A DNA stretch of 32,109 nucleotides from Octopus bimaculoides (GCF_001194135.2 NC_068993.1:56552912-56585020), one strand, 5' to 3'. Positions 11,391 through 23,136 are shown, numbered from the stretch's first letter. Notes: a model not told the origin generated them from the letters alone. Program-made: numbers and translations.

Positions 11391-11827
11391 TTGATAAATA
11401 GATAGAGAGGGAGAGATTGACATTGTGGCAGATACATAAATAGACAGACATAGTTAGACAGAGTGGGAGCTAGATCTACATACAAACGTAAAGGAATATA
11501 CTTGCATTCAGAAATACACACAAATACGTACGCATTACACACACACACACACATACGTATATATGTATGTATGTTTATACAAACATAGATTTATATGATG
11601 TGTTGCATGTATGTATGTCATTATATGTGTATATATNNNNNNNNNNNNNNNNNNNNNNNNNNNNNNNNNNNNNNNNNNNNNNNNNNNNNNNNNNNNNNNN
11701 NNNNNNNNNNNNNNNNNNNNNNNNNNNNNNNNNNNNNNNNNNNNNNNNNNNNNNNNNNNNNNNNNNNNNNNNNNNNNNNNNNNNNNNNNNNNNNNNNNNN
11801 NNNNNNNNNNNNNNNNNNNNNNNNNNN

Positions 11828-11877
<50 letters not shown>

Positions 11878-12169
11878 GCACTAGTAAGTTTGCAAGTGTT
11901 ATTTCGTACATGTAATTATATGAACAAAGAAATATAGAAAATTCAATAAGTTTAAGGCCAGAAATTGTTAAACCATTAGTCATAGTACCATCTTCCAATA
12001 TTCCGTTAATTTGAATTTCATGCTTTTCTACTTAGACAACCCTTTAGGTTGGTCTTCGGTGGGTTTACAACACTATTGGCTTGGTTTTTTCCTTCTGGTT
12101 TGTCCTGCGTACGAGATGGTATTCTACATACCTCGAACTTACACGGTTATTTATGTCCAGTCTAGCTTA

Positions 12170-12535
12170 ATAGCTTCAAGTTTTTCGAAGCAGTATTTGT
12201 TCTCATGACAACATATAGAGGTTCAATCTGACTTTCTATTTGAGATGTTTGTCGTTTTGACGATACCACATTAATTTTTAAACAGATTGTACTTGTTGCT
12301 GAAATTTGGTTTTGATAGTGTAATAGTAAAATTGCTAATGCCTTGAGCTTTCATATATCATGTATCGATTCCTTGTGTTGCGGTATTTTTTCGTGTACAC
12401 GAGTAAATATGGATTTATATTTTAAACATAGACTCTTAAAACAACCAAAACACATTTCACTGTATCACGATAAAGTAGGAATCCGACTTCACATAAATTA
12501 GCGAACGGATATAGCTCATTATTTTGACAACGATG
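12170..12535 (-). mobile_element. Decayed Penelope-like element C-terminus (linker Cys motif, GIY-YIG, C-terminal tail)
   Basis: Minus-strand translation gives HRCQNNELYPFANLCEVGFLLYRDTV (cf. CxCRNKxxCPLxGxCLxxxIVYxATV), *YMKAQGISNFTIT (cf. WxLKDKxIxxYTI) and NRKSD*TSICCHENKYCF (cf. NKRSELISKCRHxNKY). Confidence 0.65.
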
Positions 12536-12688
12536 ATTATCTGTCTTGTTAACTACGCTGACAGATAATTATGAATGGGATTCATGTCCAGATTCTTGGG
12601 TGGTTTGATGTAGATACCACTTTCAAAAATGTGCTTTGTGTTAGGTAAGCAAATATAGTTTACCTGTAATATTCACCGGTTAAACAGT

Positions 12689-13534
12689 TCTTATCCAAAT
12701 CCTAAGAGGTTCAAGATTCAGCGGTCGTTGCGTAAAGTCGTGGTGATTGTTTTTCGACAAGGAACATCATTCTTCTAGATTCTGTGGAATGTGGTTGCAC
12801 TATGAACAACAAGTGGTATTTTGAGATACTCAAAAAGCTTGGGGAAGCCTTTGGGAAGAAGAGACCTAGTAAAATTATGTAAACGATTTACGTTTACTGT
12901 GACAATAAACGACCACATACATCAATATTTCTCAACCCTTTTTTTTACCAATGAGCCCCTTTGATTCCAATTTTAATCATCTGGACCCCTATTCCCATTT
13001 GATGTTTAAAAATATCTCATTATATTTTTATGATTAAATATTAGGAATTGTACAAAGAAATTCTTAAAATATTTTGTGTTGTAGAAGTACATGCATTACA
13101 TTGCACATAAAGTTTAACGAGAAACCCTTACATTGGACCCCGAAGGGTCATGTGGACCCTTGTTGAGAACCACTGACACACATCTTTGACGAGAAATCAG
13201 GCAATCGGCAAATTACGCTGTCCGGATCTGGTACCCTTTGAATCTCCTTGTTCGGTTCAATAAAGAACATTCTCCTGAATCAACGATTGGATGATACAAA
13301 CGGGGTGAAAGTAGCAGTGAAGAAATAGGTTCAGCATTGCACACTTGGATATCTTCAAAGACCATTCCAAAGTTGGGTTCGATGGTGGTGCAAATGCGTC
13401 ACATGTGACGGAGAGTATGTTCAGTAACACATCCGAATAAAAGAAGAGTTACTCCCCCAACTTATGCAATTCGAGCAACAAAATAATACAAAATACAAAA
13501 TATTATGTCCACTACTTTCAGTACAACTCTCGTA
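12689..13534 (+). mobile_element. Mariner transposon 3' remnant with 3' TIR, interrupted by a hAT MITE
   Basis: Translation gives PKRFKIQRSLRKVVVIVF, ILLDSVECGCTMN...KKRP, DNKRPHTS (cf. DNARPHTS), CPDLVP (cf. SPDLAP) and RWWCKCVTCDGEYVQ* (stop 13425-13427); 3' end reverse complement TACGAGAGTTGTACTGAAAGT is a mariner-type TIR ending in TA at 13533-13534. Confidence 0.85.
12923..13175. mobile_element. hAT (Charlie-like) MITE, 253 bp
   Basis: TIRs CAATATTTCTCAAC and reverse-complemented CAGTGGTTCTCAAC (11/14); 8-bp TSD ACATACAT (12915-12922) / ACACACAT (13176-13183). Confidence 0.85.
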
Positions 13535-13610
13535 TTAAAAAGGAGGAGGAGCAGAATTGTAGAGCATTGTAGAACCTTGAAGGAACAACTATGATATATT
13601 TTAACCAATA

Positions 13611-13993
13611 CGTTGTTGGCACTCCGTCGCTTACGACGTCGAGGGTTCCAATTGATCCGATCAACGGAACAGCCTGCTCATGAAATTAACGTGCAAGTGG
13701 CTGAGCACTCCACAGACACGTGTACCCTCAACGTAGTTCTCGTGGATATTCAGCGTGACACAGTGTGACAAGGCTGACCCTTTTAATTACAGGCACAACA
13801 GAAACAGGAAGTAAGAGTGAAAGAAAGTTGTGGTGAAAGAGTACAACAGGTTTCGCCACCATTCCCTCACGGAGCCTCGTGGAGCTTTCGGTGTTTTCGC
13901 TCAATAAACACTCACAACGCCCGGTCTGGGAATCGAAACTGTGATCCTATGACCGCGAGTCCGCTGCCCTAACCACTGGGTCATTGCGCATCC
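13611..13993 (-). mobile_element. Near full-length tRNA-derived SINE (about 380 bp)
   Basis: Reverse complement begins GGATGCGCAATGACCCAGTGGTTAGG (A-box-like) ... GTTTCGATTCCC (B-box-like); head shared with 15791-15897; 3' half shared with 1358-1540; short AACAAC tail. Confidence 0.9.
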
Positions 13994-14384
13994 ATTAACC
14001 GATACGTACGCTGACAATATATAGAAAGATGAATGCTTAGTTATTGCTATGAATCGATGAAAAGTGATAGATTTATAAAATAATTCATGCCTAGATAGAT
14101 AAATGAATGACAATATAGTTAGGTAGATATAAGGACGGGTAGAAAAATAGAATGGCTCATAGTTAGATGAATAGATAGATATATTATTGACAGATCTATT
14201 GATATTTTTTTAGATGGGTTGACTGATAGATAAATAAATAGATAAATTGATTGATTAATTCGTAGATAGACAAATAGATATGTAAAAAGTTAAGATTGAC
14301 TTCTAACGTAGATAATTTATAGACAGTTCGATTGAAAAAGCGAGTGGGAAAGAAGGAGAGACAGTTTGTGTGCGTGCGCGCGCG

Positions 14385-14540
<156 letters not shown>

Positions 14541-15141
14541 GACAAAAGGTGAGAGGAAGAGGTAAAGAGAAGGCTGGAAGATGGAAAGTCAGAAAGAGAT
14601 GAAAACATGAGACGCATGACAGAGATAGAAAGATAAAAGTAAGACATGAGGAGGAAAGAATGGTTGTAGGTAGAAGGGAAAGCAAGGAAGAAAGGAAAGC
14701 AGAAAGAGGAGAAGAAAGAGAGAGAGAGAGAGTAAAAGCAAATGCGAAAGCTAGAAAGAAGAGAGGATGAGGAGAATCAATGCGGTAAGATTGTTTTGTA
14801 AATGTTAGAGCAGTGAATGGTTGAAATGTCAAGTTCCAAGTACAAAATATAAATAAAGAAGTATTCTTGTGTGTCTTTTCACAAAACATGCAACATCCGG
14901 TCACATGTCAGGGGTTAAAGGGTGTAACTGTTACGTGATATTGTTGGAATAAAGGTCTCCACGTGATACAACCGATTCTTCCCCCCTTGCCATCCATCCA
15001 CGTCCCCGACCATTCCTAACACTGCACTAAATGCTAATAAACGATAACCCGAACCTCAGCCGCACTACGCCGTGTCGCAGATCATGACATGCTTCACGCA
15101 TGCGTAACACGTTCTGTTCGCAAGATAAATTTTTCGCTTGC

Positions 15142-15156
15142 ATTGTTGTTGTTGTT

Positions 15157-15189
<33 letters not shown>

Positions 15190-15260
15190 CTTCTTCTTCT
15201 TCTTCTTCTTCTTCTTCTTCTTCTTCTTCTCCTCACTTCCTCCTCCTCCTCCTCCTCCTC
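15142..15260. repeat. Compound (TTG)n(TTC)n(TCC)n running into a gap
   Basis: Direct reading. Confidence 0.95.
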
Positions 15261-15790
15261 NNNNNNNNNNNNNNNNNNNNNNNNNNNNNNNNNNNNNNNN
15301 NNNNNNNNNNNNNNNNNNNNNNNNNNNNNNNNNNNNNNNNNNNNNNNNNNNNNNNNNNNNNNNNNNNNNNNNNNNNNNNNNNNNNNNNNNNNNNNNNNNN
15401 NNNNNNNNNNNNNNNNNNNNNNNNNNNNNNNNNNNNNNNNNNNNNNNNNNNNNNNNNNNNNNNNNNNNNNNNNNNNNNNNNNNNNNNNNNNNNNNNNNNN
15501 NNNNNNNNNNNNNNNNNNNNNNNNNNNNNNNNNNNNNNNNNNNNNNNNNNNNNNNNNNNNNNNNNNNNNNNNNNNNNNNNNNNNNNNNNNNNNNNNNNNN
15601 NNNNNNNNNNNNNNNNNNNNNNNNNNNNNNNNNNNNNNNNNNNNNNNNNNNNNNNNNNNNNNNNNNNNNNNNNNNNNNNNNNNNNNNNNNNNNNNNNNNN
15701 NNNNNNNNNNNNNNNNNNNNNNNNNNNNNNNNNNNNNNNNNNNNNNNNNNNNNNNNNNNATATATATATATATGAAACATATGTATATGT

Positions 15791-15897
15791 GGAGGCGCAG
15801 TGGCCCAGTGGTTAGGACTCGCGGTCATAGGATCCCGGTTTCGATTCCCAGACTAGGCGTTGTGAGTGTTTATTGAGCGAAAACACCTAAAGCTCCA
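15791..15897 (+). mobile_element. tRNA-derived SINE head only (3'-truncated)
   Basis: GGAGGCGCAGTGGCCCAGTGGTTAGG...GGTTTCGATTCCC; closely matches the reverse complement of 13881-13993, with a small deletion. Confidence 0.85.
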
Positions 15898-16127
15898 TAC
15901 ATAAAACACACAAACGCGCGCACACACACACACACACACGAGCACGCATGATTTCCAACATTTCGAAGTCACTGTCAGGCTTTTCCTTCTGAAAAATGAC
16001 ATGGATGTGATACACCACTTCAATGCGTTGTTCGAACCTTCAGTCAAACGTTCGGCTGTTTTTACATACAACCAACGCAAAAACAAACATTAATGTTGTA
16101 TTTAGTTATGTGTGTGCGCACGTCTGT

Positions 16128-16200
16128 ATACATACATACATACATACATACATACATACATACATACATACATACATTCATTCATTCATACATACACATA
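16128..16200. repeat. (CATA)n(CATT)n
   Basis: Direct reading. Confidence 0.9.
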
Positions 16201-17336
16201 CAAAAATATGCACTTATACGCATAAGCAGTATGTAAATAGGTGTATGTGCATTATATATGTATCTGCATATATGCACACATGCATACACGTACACATACA
16301 GACACACAGACACACATACTTACACGCTTACACTCATACACACATATATCTGTATGTATATGTGTATATAGCAAATGAAGGAGAGAGAGAGAGAGAGAGA
16401 GAGGGGAGAAGGAGAAAAAGAGAGAAATAAGAGAGAAAATGTGGAAGTGCGAAAGTAAATATTTAAAATACATCATCCGCATGAAAAATAACATGTAAGT
16501 TAACTTTTACATATTTAATGCAGGAATCGTAAAAAAGCTAACTAGAAATAAATATGGCGCAGACAAAAGAAAAATACATATGGTCAATAACAAATCTGCT
16601 AAACATATGTTACTACTAATTTAACTAATAGTTTTTCATGCAGATGGCGCCTCTGAATTATTTATTCATTAAACAATTCTAATTTTTTTTTACGGTAATA
16701 AATGTATAGTGTTGTATAATTCCTTGGTGATTCAATTATCAATGCTTCGGCAAATATCGTGAAGTTTGGTGGAAGTTACATGTTGATGAAGAGGCTAGAG
16801 AGAGAGCGAAACATGTTCCGTTTTATATTCATACACAAATACACACATCAGGCACATGTTCATACACATATATTTATGTATGTGCATATATACTTATATA
16901 CATTCATATAGAAGCATATAAGTGTGCGTGTGTGTGTATCGGGAGGTTTGATATACGTTGGTGCATATATATATATATATANNNNNNNNNNNNNNNNNNN
17001 NNNNNNNNNNNNNNNNNNNNNNNNNNNNNNNNNNNNNNNNNNNNNNNNNNNNNNNNNNNNNNNNNNNNNNNNNNNNNNNNNNNNNNNNNNNNNNNNNNNN
17101 NNNNNNNNNNNNNNNNNNNNNNNNNNNNNNNNNNNNNNNNNNNNNNNNNNNNNNNNNNNNNNNNNNNNNNNNNNNNNNNNNNNNNNNNNNNNNNNNNNNN
17201 NNNNNNNNNNNNNNNNNNNNNNNNNNNNNNNNNNNNNNNNNNNNNNNNNNNNNNNNNNNNNNNNNNNNNNNNNNNNNNNNNNNNNNNNNNNNNNNNNNNN
17301 NNNNNNNNNNNNNNNNNNNNNNNNNNNNNNNNNNNN

Positions 17337-17465
17337 GTTAGTAAATGCTTAAAGGAGGATCTGGATAAACCGGGATTTTCAGAAAGAGAAATCGACCGGC
17401 TGATTCGTGCATTACAAGTTCAATCTGTGAGTGAAACAGTAAGAATATGCAAAAACTTTTCCCAA
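17337..17465 (+). mobile_element. C-terminal fragment of an RLE-type non-LTR retrotransposon ORF (R4/NeSL/CRE-like), emerging from a gap
   Basis: VSKCLKEDLDKPGFSEREIDRLIRALQVQSVSETVRICKNF resembles the recalled end of RLE domains (GALGxVSKxLxxxLxxLGF...LQxxSxxGTVKICKTF). Confidence 0.55.
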
Positions 17466-17613
17466 GATCCAAATGTGAATTTGTCTGTGTTAACTACATC
17501 CCAAAGATGAAGCCTTGTATCTTTGTTTGAAAACGGCCCCCTTCTTACTGGAAGATTTATAATAATTAAAAAATAGAAGAGACATACACATGTGTTTGAA
17601 TGTGCGTGTCAGT

Positions 17614-17662
17614 GTATGTATGTATGTATGTATGTATGTATGTATGTATGTATGTATGTATG
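17614..17662. repeat. (TATG)n
   Basis: Direct reading. Confidence 0.9.
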
Positions 17663-17948
17663 TGCATACACTCACACACAAACACGAATATTCTAGAGGG
17701 CTGCAAGTTACAAGAAGTTATGTCTAGTCACTTGACATAAAAAAGAATATCAAAAATAGAGTCTGGGAAATGGATAATCGTTTAATCCATAATCGTTAGT
17801 TCGCCAGAATATATTTGAACGAATTAACGATTTTGGATTTAATGTATGAATGTACGCATACACACACGCACAGACACACAAACACGAATACACGCACAAA
17901 CACATACATTCATACATATACGTATGTATATATGTGAGTGCCTGTGTA

Positions 17949-17994
<46 letters not shown>

Positions 17995-18307
17995 NNNNNN
18001 NNNNNNNNNNNNNNNNNNNNNNNNNNNNNNNNNNNNNNNNNNNNNNNNNNNNNNNNNNNNNNNNNNNNNNNNNNNNNNNNNNNNNNNNNNNNNNNNNNNN
18101 NNNNNNNNNNNNNNNNNNNNNNNNNNNNNNNNNNNNNNNNNNNNNNNNNNNNNNNNNNNNNNNNNNNNNNNNNNNNNNNNNNNNNNNNNNNNNNNNNNNN
18201 NNNNNNNNNNNNNNNNNNNNNNNNNNNNNNNNNNNNNNNNNNNNNNNNNNNNNNNNNNNNNNNNNNNNNNNNNNNNNNNNNNNNNNNNNNNNNNNNNNNN
18301 NNNNNNN

Positions 18308-18489
18308 CTTGACAACCGATGCTGGTGTGTTTACGTCCCCGCAACTTAGCGGTTCGGCAAAAGAGACCGATAGAATAAGTACTAGACTTACAAAGAATAA
18401 GTCCTGGAGTCGATTTGCTCGACTAAAGGCGGTGCCCCAGCATGGCCGCAGTCAAATGACTGAAACAAGTAAAAGAGTAAAAGAGTAAG
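18308..18489 (+). mobile_element. 3' half of the composite SINE (same family as 23287-23708)
   Basis: Reverse-complement match to 23287-23465, e.g. 'agcggttcggcaaaagagacc.atagaataagtactag.cttacaaagaataag', with a (GAGTAAAA)-like tail. Confidence 0.9.
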
Positions 18490-19398
18490 TGTAAAAAAAA
18501 AACCGATGTTATTAAAAGAAGTGGGATGACTTACTGGCATAAAATGGCAGCAGTTGCTTAAATATTTATTATCATGTAATGGAGAGGCGGTGAGAGGTCG
18601 CTAACAGAATGTATTCGACGTGGGGTAAGGTCTGAAGAAGGGGTTATTTAAGTTCTCGCTAAAGTACACATATCTATTATATCGGGAATCACTCGGCGGG
18701 TTATATATTAGTTTCCTGTTACGATAGACTATAATTAATGCATCATTTAGATGTGTGCTGGAATTTCAATTAAAGAGCTTATATTTCAAACTGAAAAGGA
18801 GTTGAAAGACATTGGATGATGTTTTTATGTTGTCTAGGTTTCGTTAAGGTTGTCTATTAATCTCTTCACGAATCGAAAAATAAAAGAGTGGTTAATAAAT
18901 ATATTATGTTTCCTGTGACAAGTATACAGTAATTATTTTATACAGTAATTAATTCATCGTAAGTGATCCCTTAGCTGACCTTGCCTACATCAAATACATT
19001 CTATAAGCGACCCTTTATCGCGTCTCCTTTACATAATTAAAAACACTGGAGCGACTCCTGCCATTTGACGAGAGTACTTGGACGCGTAAACAATCCCCAT
19101 TTCCTATTTTTTCTTTTAGATTTTTTTTACGCTTAATGACATTCATCCATGTTGATGATATTCAATTCACAGTCCTCTCACTTTCATAAAATAATTAACT
19201 TTTTTCTTTGTTTCTATTTTCAGCGAATAGGACCCACTCTCTCATAAAACGTACCCTTATTTCACAAGCATATTTTGTGCAAATAAAAAGAAAGATTACT
19301 TCGTATGTTTCATCAGATACGTATCGAGAGAGGTTTTATTAAAATGGTTCTTTAAGGGAGTGATTCTATGCATGTAAATGCAATGTTGTAATAGTATA

Positions 19399-20609
19399 CT
19401 GACAGACGAGTAAGAAGTAAGCAACGTTTGGAAACATGAAATTCATCACAATATATTTTAACAATGTGGAAATTTTATTCATCAAAGTAAGTACCATTAC
19501 AATCAACACATTTTTGCCAACGAGTTACAAGTTTGTTTATTCCGGTAACATAAAAATCTAGAGTTCTGGAGTTGATGAATTCTTTGAACACACTTCCAGC
19601 ATCAGTTTGACTTTTGAACTCCTCTCGCAGGAAACCATCAAGATGCTTGTAAATGTGGTTTGTCGGTAGGAGAAAGGTCTGAGGAATAAGCTGGGTGAGG
19701 AAGAACATTGTAGCCAAGTTCCCTCAACTTCTGGAGCATCATTAGGTAACGTGTGGTCAAGCATTGTCATGAAGAATGGTTGGCCTTCTTCTGTTGACCA
19801 GTCTGGGATGGAGGAGTTTTCATTCATTTTGGTAATTTCATGGCAACATGTTTCTGCAGTAATGGTTTTTCTGGGTTTCAAGAGCTTGGGTTTAGGGAAA
19901 GTTTTCGGTGTTTCATTTTGATCCAACCACTGGGAAGGGCGTTTTTTTTTTATTGTACAGAGTTTTCATCGGAAGTTACAATACAGTTGAGAAATGGATC
20001 AGTCTGGTTACGGAGAAGAAGCGACGTGCAAATTTCTTAACTGTGCATTTTCTAATTTTCATTCAAATCGTGTGGTACTCATTTGTCGAGCTTTTTTGAT
20101 TTTCCGATCGCATGCAAATAGTTGCAGGCAGTTTCATGGCTAACTTGAAGTTATTTTGAAAGTTCTCGAGTGATTTTACATGGATCTTTCTCAATGACGG
20201 TCATTAATTGACCGTCATCGATGACAGATGGGCGTCCACTACGCTCACGATCTTCAAGGCTCAGGTCTCCACTACGAAATCGTTTAAACCCTTTTCAAGC
20301 TGACCACTCACTGGTCAATCCCTCACCAAACGTTTCATCGATATCGCGAGCAGTTTCAGCTGCTTTACGTCTTTTTTTTAGAAGCTGAATAGTAAAATAG
20401 CTCGTATATCGCGCTTTGATAGTTCCATTTCAAATGATTGTAACAACGGTGAAAAAATATCCCCGTTAATTTATTGATGCATTTGGGCAAGTCTATGTCT
20501 GTATTATCAGATAATTGCAAACAAATGTTTAAAAAAATTCAAGACTGCAAAAATCCGGTACAAATTCTTCATGGTTCAAAACGTTGCTTACTTTTTACTC
20601 AACCTGATA
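19399..20609 (-). mobile_element. Near full-length mariner (DD34D) transposon, about 1.21 kb, Hsmar1/cecropia-like TIRs
   Basis: Right end reverse complement TA-TCAGGTTGAGTAAAAAGTAAGCAACGTTTTGAACCATGAA; left end GAGTAAGAAGTAAGCAACGTTTGGAAACATGAA (19408-19440) with decayed outer bases; encloses a transposase pseudogene. Confidence 0.9.
19475..20428 (-). pseudogene. Mariner transposase pseudogene (stops, frameshifts, internal deletion)
   Basis: MELSKRDIRAILLF...KAAETARDIDETFG...FRSGDLSLEDRERSGRPS...KKLDK*VPHDL (WVPHEL motif)...IVTSDE...WLDQNETPKTFPKPKL...TITAETCCHEI...EFINSRTLDFYVTGINKLVTRWQKCVDCNGTYFDE*. Confidence 0.93.
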
Positions 20610-20735
20610 GAATAAAGTATAAGACCATAAATTTATCATAAGTAAACTACGTTACGTGAGTACCATACTTCAGTTTTATCCTCTTTCAGATCAACTGCAT
20701 AGTTATTTATATTTTGGTCAAGAAATTGCCATCAA

Positions 20736-21083
20736 TCAATTCCTGTTATCTTTGCCAGCGGCCAAATGCACACGAGCATGAGCCAGTTGCCTCCATACTG
20801 TTCGATCTTTGGCAAGAGCATTCAGAGAGAAACTACGTCAATGCCTATCCATGCTGTGATGCTATCTCTCCATCTCTTAGGTTACCGATCTCTATTTCTC
20901 TCTCCATTGATCTAGCCTTCCGAACAGATCTTGCTGACACCATAAAACCTTTCGCTTACTGTGGCCAAGCAGTCTGAGAACATTATTTGTGATGATTGCC
21001 GTGATTAGTGGAAATTTGATTATTTGTCTCATATCTTCGATTCTGACATGGTCTGAGAGTTCGGTGTTAGTAGTTAGTCGCAT
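20736..21083 (-). mobile_element. RTE-clade LINE 3' remnant
   Basis: SDHVRIEDMRQIIKFPLITAIITNNVLRLLGH ... PKRWRDSITAWIG ... LAKDRTVWRQLAH matches the recalled RTE ORF end (DHVxNExI...LRWxGH; GRPxKRWxD; AxDRxxWR). Confidence 0.8.
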
Positions 21084-21097
21084 TACATGATTCTGCC

Positions 21098-21211
21098 ATA
21101 CAGAATGTAAAATTCGTATTCCTGGCTATGATGCTTTGTGTCACCGCGATCGGCCACTAGGGTGGTGCACCACCGTTATGATTTTGCTGTCATCCACTCG
21201 CTGCAAATAGC
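21098..21211 (-). repeat. Unclassified dispersed repeat, copy 1
   Basis: Reverse complement aligns with 28897-29011 over about 115 bp (roughly three-quarters identical by eye). Confidence 0.85.
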
Positions 21212-21770
21212 TGACAGCAGGGACAGCAGTAAGATGGGTCGAAACGACCGTTGTACAAAATGAAGATTGACACCAAATCCATCGTCCGATTACTTAAAAA
21301 ATTACAACACACACACACACGTCATCTAAAACAGAGAAGTAAAGAAAATTGTCCAGATATGTTTCACAATTTACTGACGATTCCTCAAAGTTCAAGAACC
21401 CCATCATTTCTCTACTCAAAGGAGAGAAATTATAGAAAATTACTATTTAATTCGAACGCACGCTAGAACTTACCTAGAATGACTAGACAAATTAGTTTTA
21501 TTGCTTTAAATTGATCTTGTAATTTTTCTCATACACAATCTGCTCTGCATAAATATTTATTAATTTATTTAATCACTCTGACCACGTACGCATATCATAC
21601 CGTCAATTAGTCTAGCAATTTTACAGCTAACTTCTAGTCTACGTTTGATTTACATTTCAATTTGCTTACAGCTTTGTTCATTGGGGTGAGGACTGAGGGC
21701 GGCGGGGTGGAGCAGTATTCCTCTGATGCAGGATCAAAGAACGGTGAAGTATACCAGGGTTTCTCCTACA

Positions 21771-21988
21771 TCATCATCATCATCATCATCATCATCTTCT
21801 TCTTCTTCTTCTTCTTCTTCTTCTTCTTCTTCTTCTTCTTCTTCTTCTTCTTCTTCTTCTTCTTCTTCCTTATGTATACATATGTGTATATATTTTCGTC
21901 TGAATACTATATATGTCTAAAATGTTTCTGTGTTTCTGGGACAAAAGGCAACAACAAAAGCAGCAGTAGCAGCAACGGCAGCAGCAGC

Positions 21989-22032
<44 letters not shown>
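21771..22032. repeat. (CAT)n(CTT)n and (CAG)/(CAA)n trinucleotide arrays
   Basis: Direct reading. Confidence 0.9.
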
Positions 22033-23082
22033 CGAGAAGGAAACGGGGGATGCAAGGTAATTAATTTTATGCTGTGAGGAAGTGACAGATAATTCTAAAT
22101 TTCAGACTGAAGAACTTTGTCAAGGAAAATCAAAAGATAAACAAAACGGAGAAATAATAAAAAGAAAAAAAGGGTAGAAATTCTGTGAAAGGAATGTTTA
22201 CGAAAGAATCCATATGGTGAAATAGAATAAAATAACGGAAGTGAGTTGGGCGGAATAGTGTTTTTCAGACAAAGGAGTGTTAGAGCTAAGGGAGATAAAT
22301 TATGAGAATATTGTTAGTATGCATGTCTGTGTGTATATTCAGGTATGTAAGTATACGCGTATGTATATGTATGTTCAAATGTGCTTGCCTATGTGGGGAA
22401 GTGTATGTCATCGTGTGTGCATATGTTACGTGAGTGTTTGTATGTGTATATTCTATTGTGTTGGTGTATGTGTGTTCTGTTGTGCAGGTTGTGTAGATAA
22501 AGCATAAAGTTATCTATGTTCGTGAGGTAGTGTAATGTGTATGTTTGATGTCTGAGTTTATGAACACATACGCACACACATTTTTTTCGTCAAGCATACA
22601 CGAGGACGTGGGAGTATTAAGGTAGGATAGATTTTGTAACTGAATGAAAACAAGGAAATTATTAATTTCAGGTGGGTGGGTTGTGTTTAGGTTGATTGTG
22701 AGTTGATGTTCGCGGTGTAAACAAGGAGGGAAATGATCCGTGGAGTAAAATAACGTCGCTAATGGCGCGTTGCATGATGATGTGGCTAAGAAAGGAGAAT
22801 TAAAGGGATGAGGTACAGGTCGGAGTGATCTGGTGTTATCACGTTGCATGTCTAAAACATACTCTCTAAACCAATACAGTATGCCATAAAGATGCAGTTT
22901 TGTGAAACCTCTTGGCTATCGCATTAGCATACAGAGACGTGGATCTCTGGATTATGCCTGAAGAATGAAAAGTGAAATTATAGTTTATACATTTCTCATT
23001 CCAGCGTAATCATTGAGTTATATTTAAAAACATGTTTTGCCATTTGTTATTGTGAATGTTTTTGTATGTATGCATGTACGCA

Positions 23083-23084
<2 letters not shown>

Positions 23085-23136
<52 letters not shown>

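Noticed and set aside
15791-15860. tRNA-like gene
   Set aside because: It continues into SINE body sequence shared with 13881-13993 and lacks a complete cloverleaf; it is a SINE head.
19224-19302. Strong acceptor (TTAAC...polypyrimidine-CAG) with a GTATGT donor, 79 bp
   Set aside because: Only one frame is open, the peptide is unrecognisable and no neighbouring exons were found. RNA-seq junction reads would be needed.
21662-22060. ORF ending at a CAAG/GTAATT donor with poly-Ser/Asn
   Set aside because: Built from trinucleotide repeats; no acceptor or domain.
22085-22110. CTGAAGA...GAAA hammerhead-like string
   Set aside because: Stem II register is wrong, there is no associated Penelope element, and the context is A-rich.
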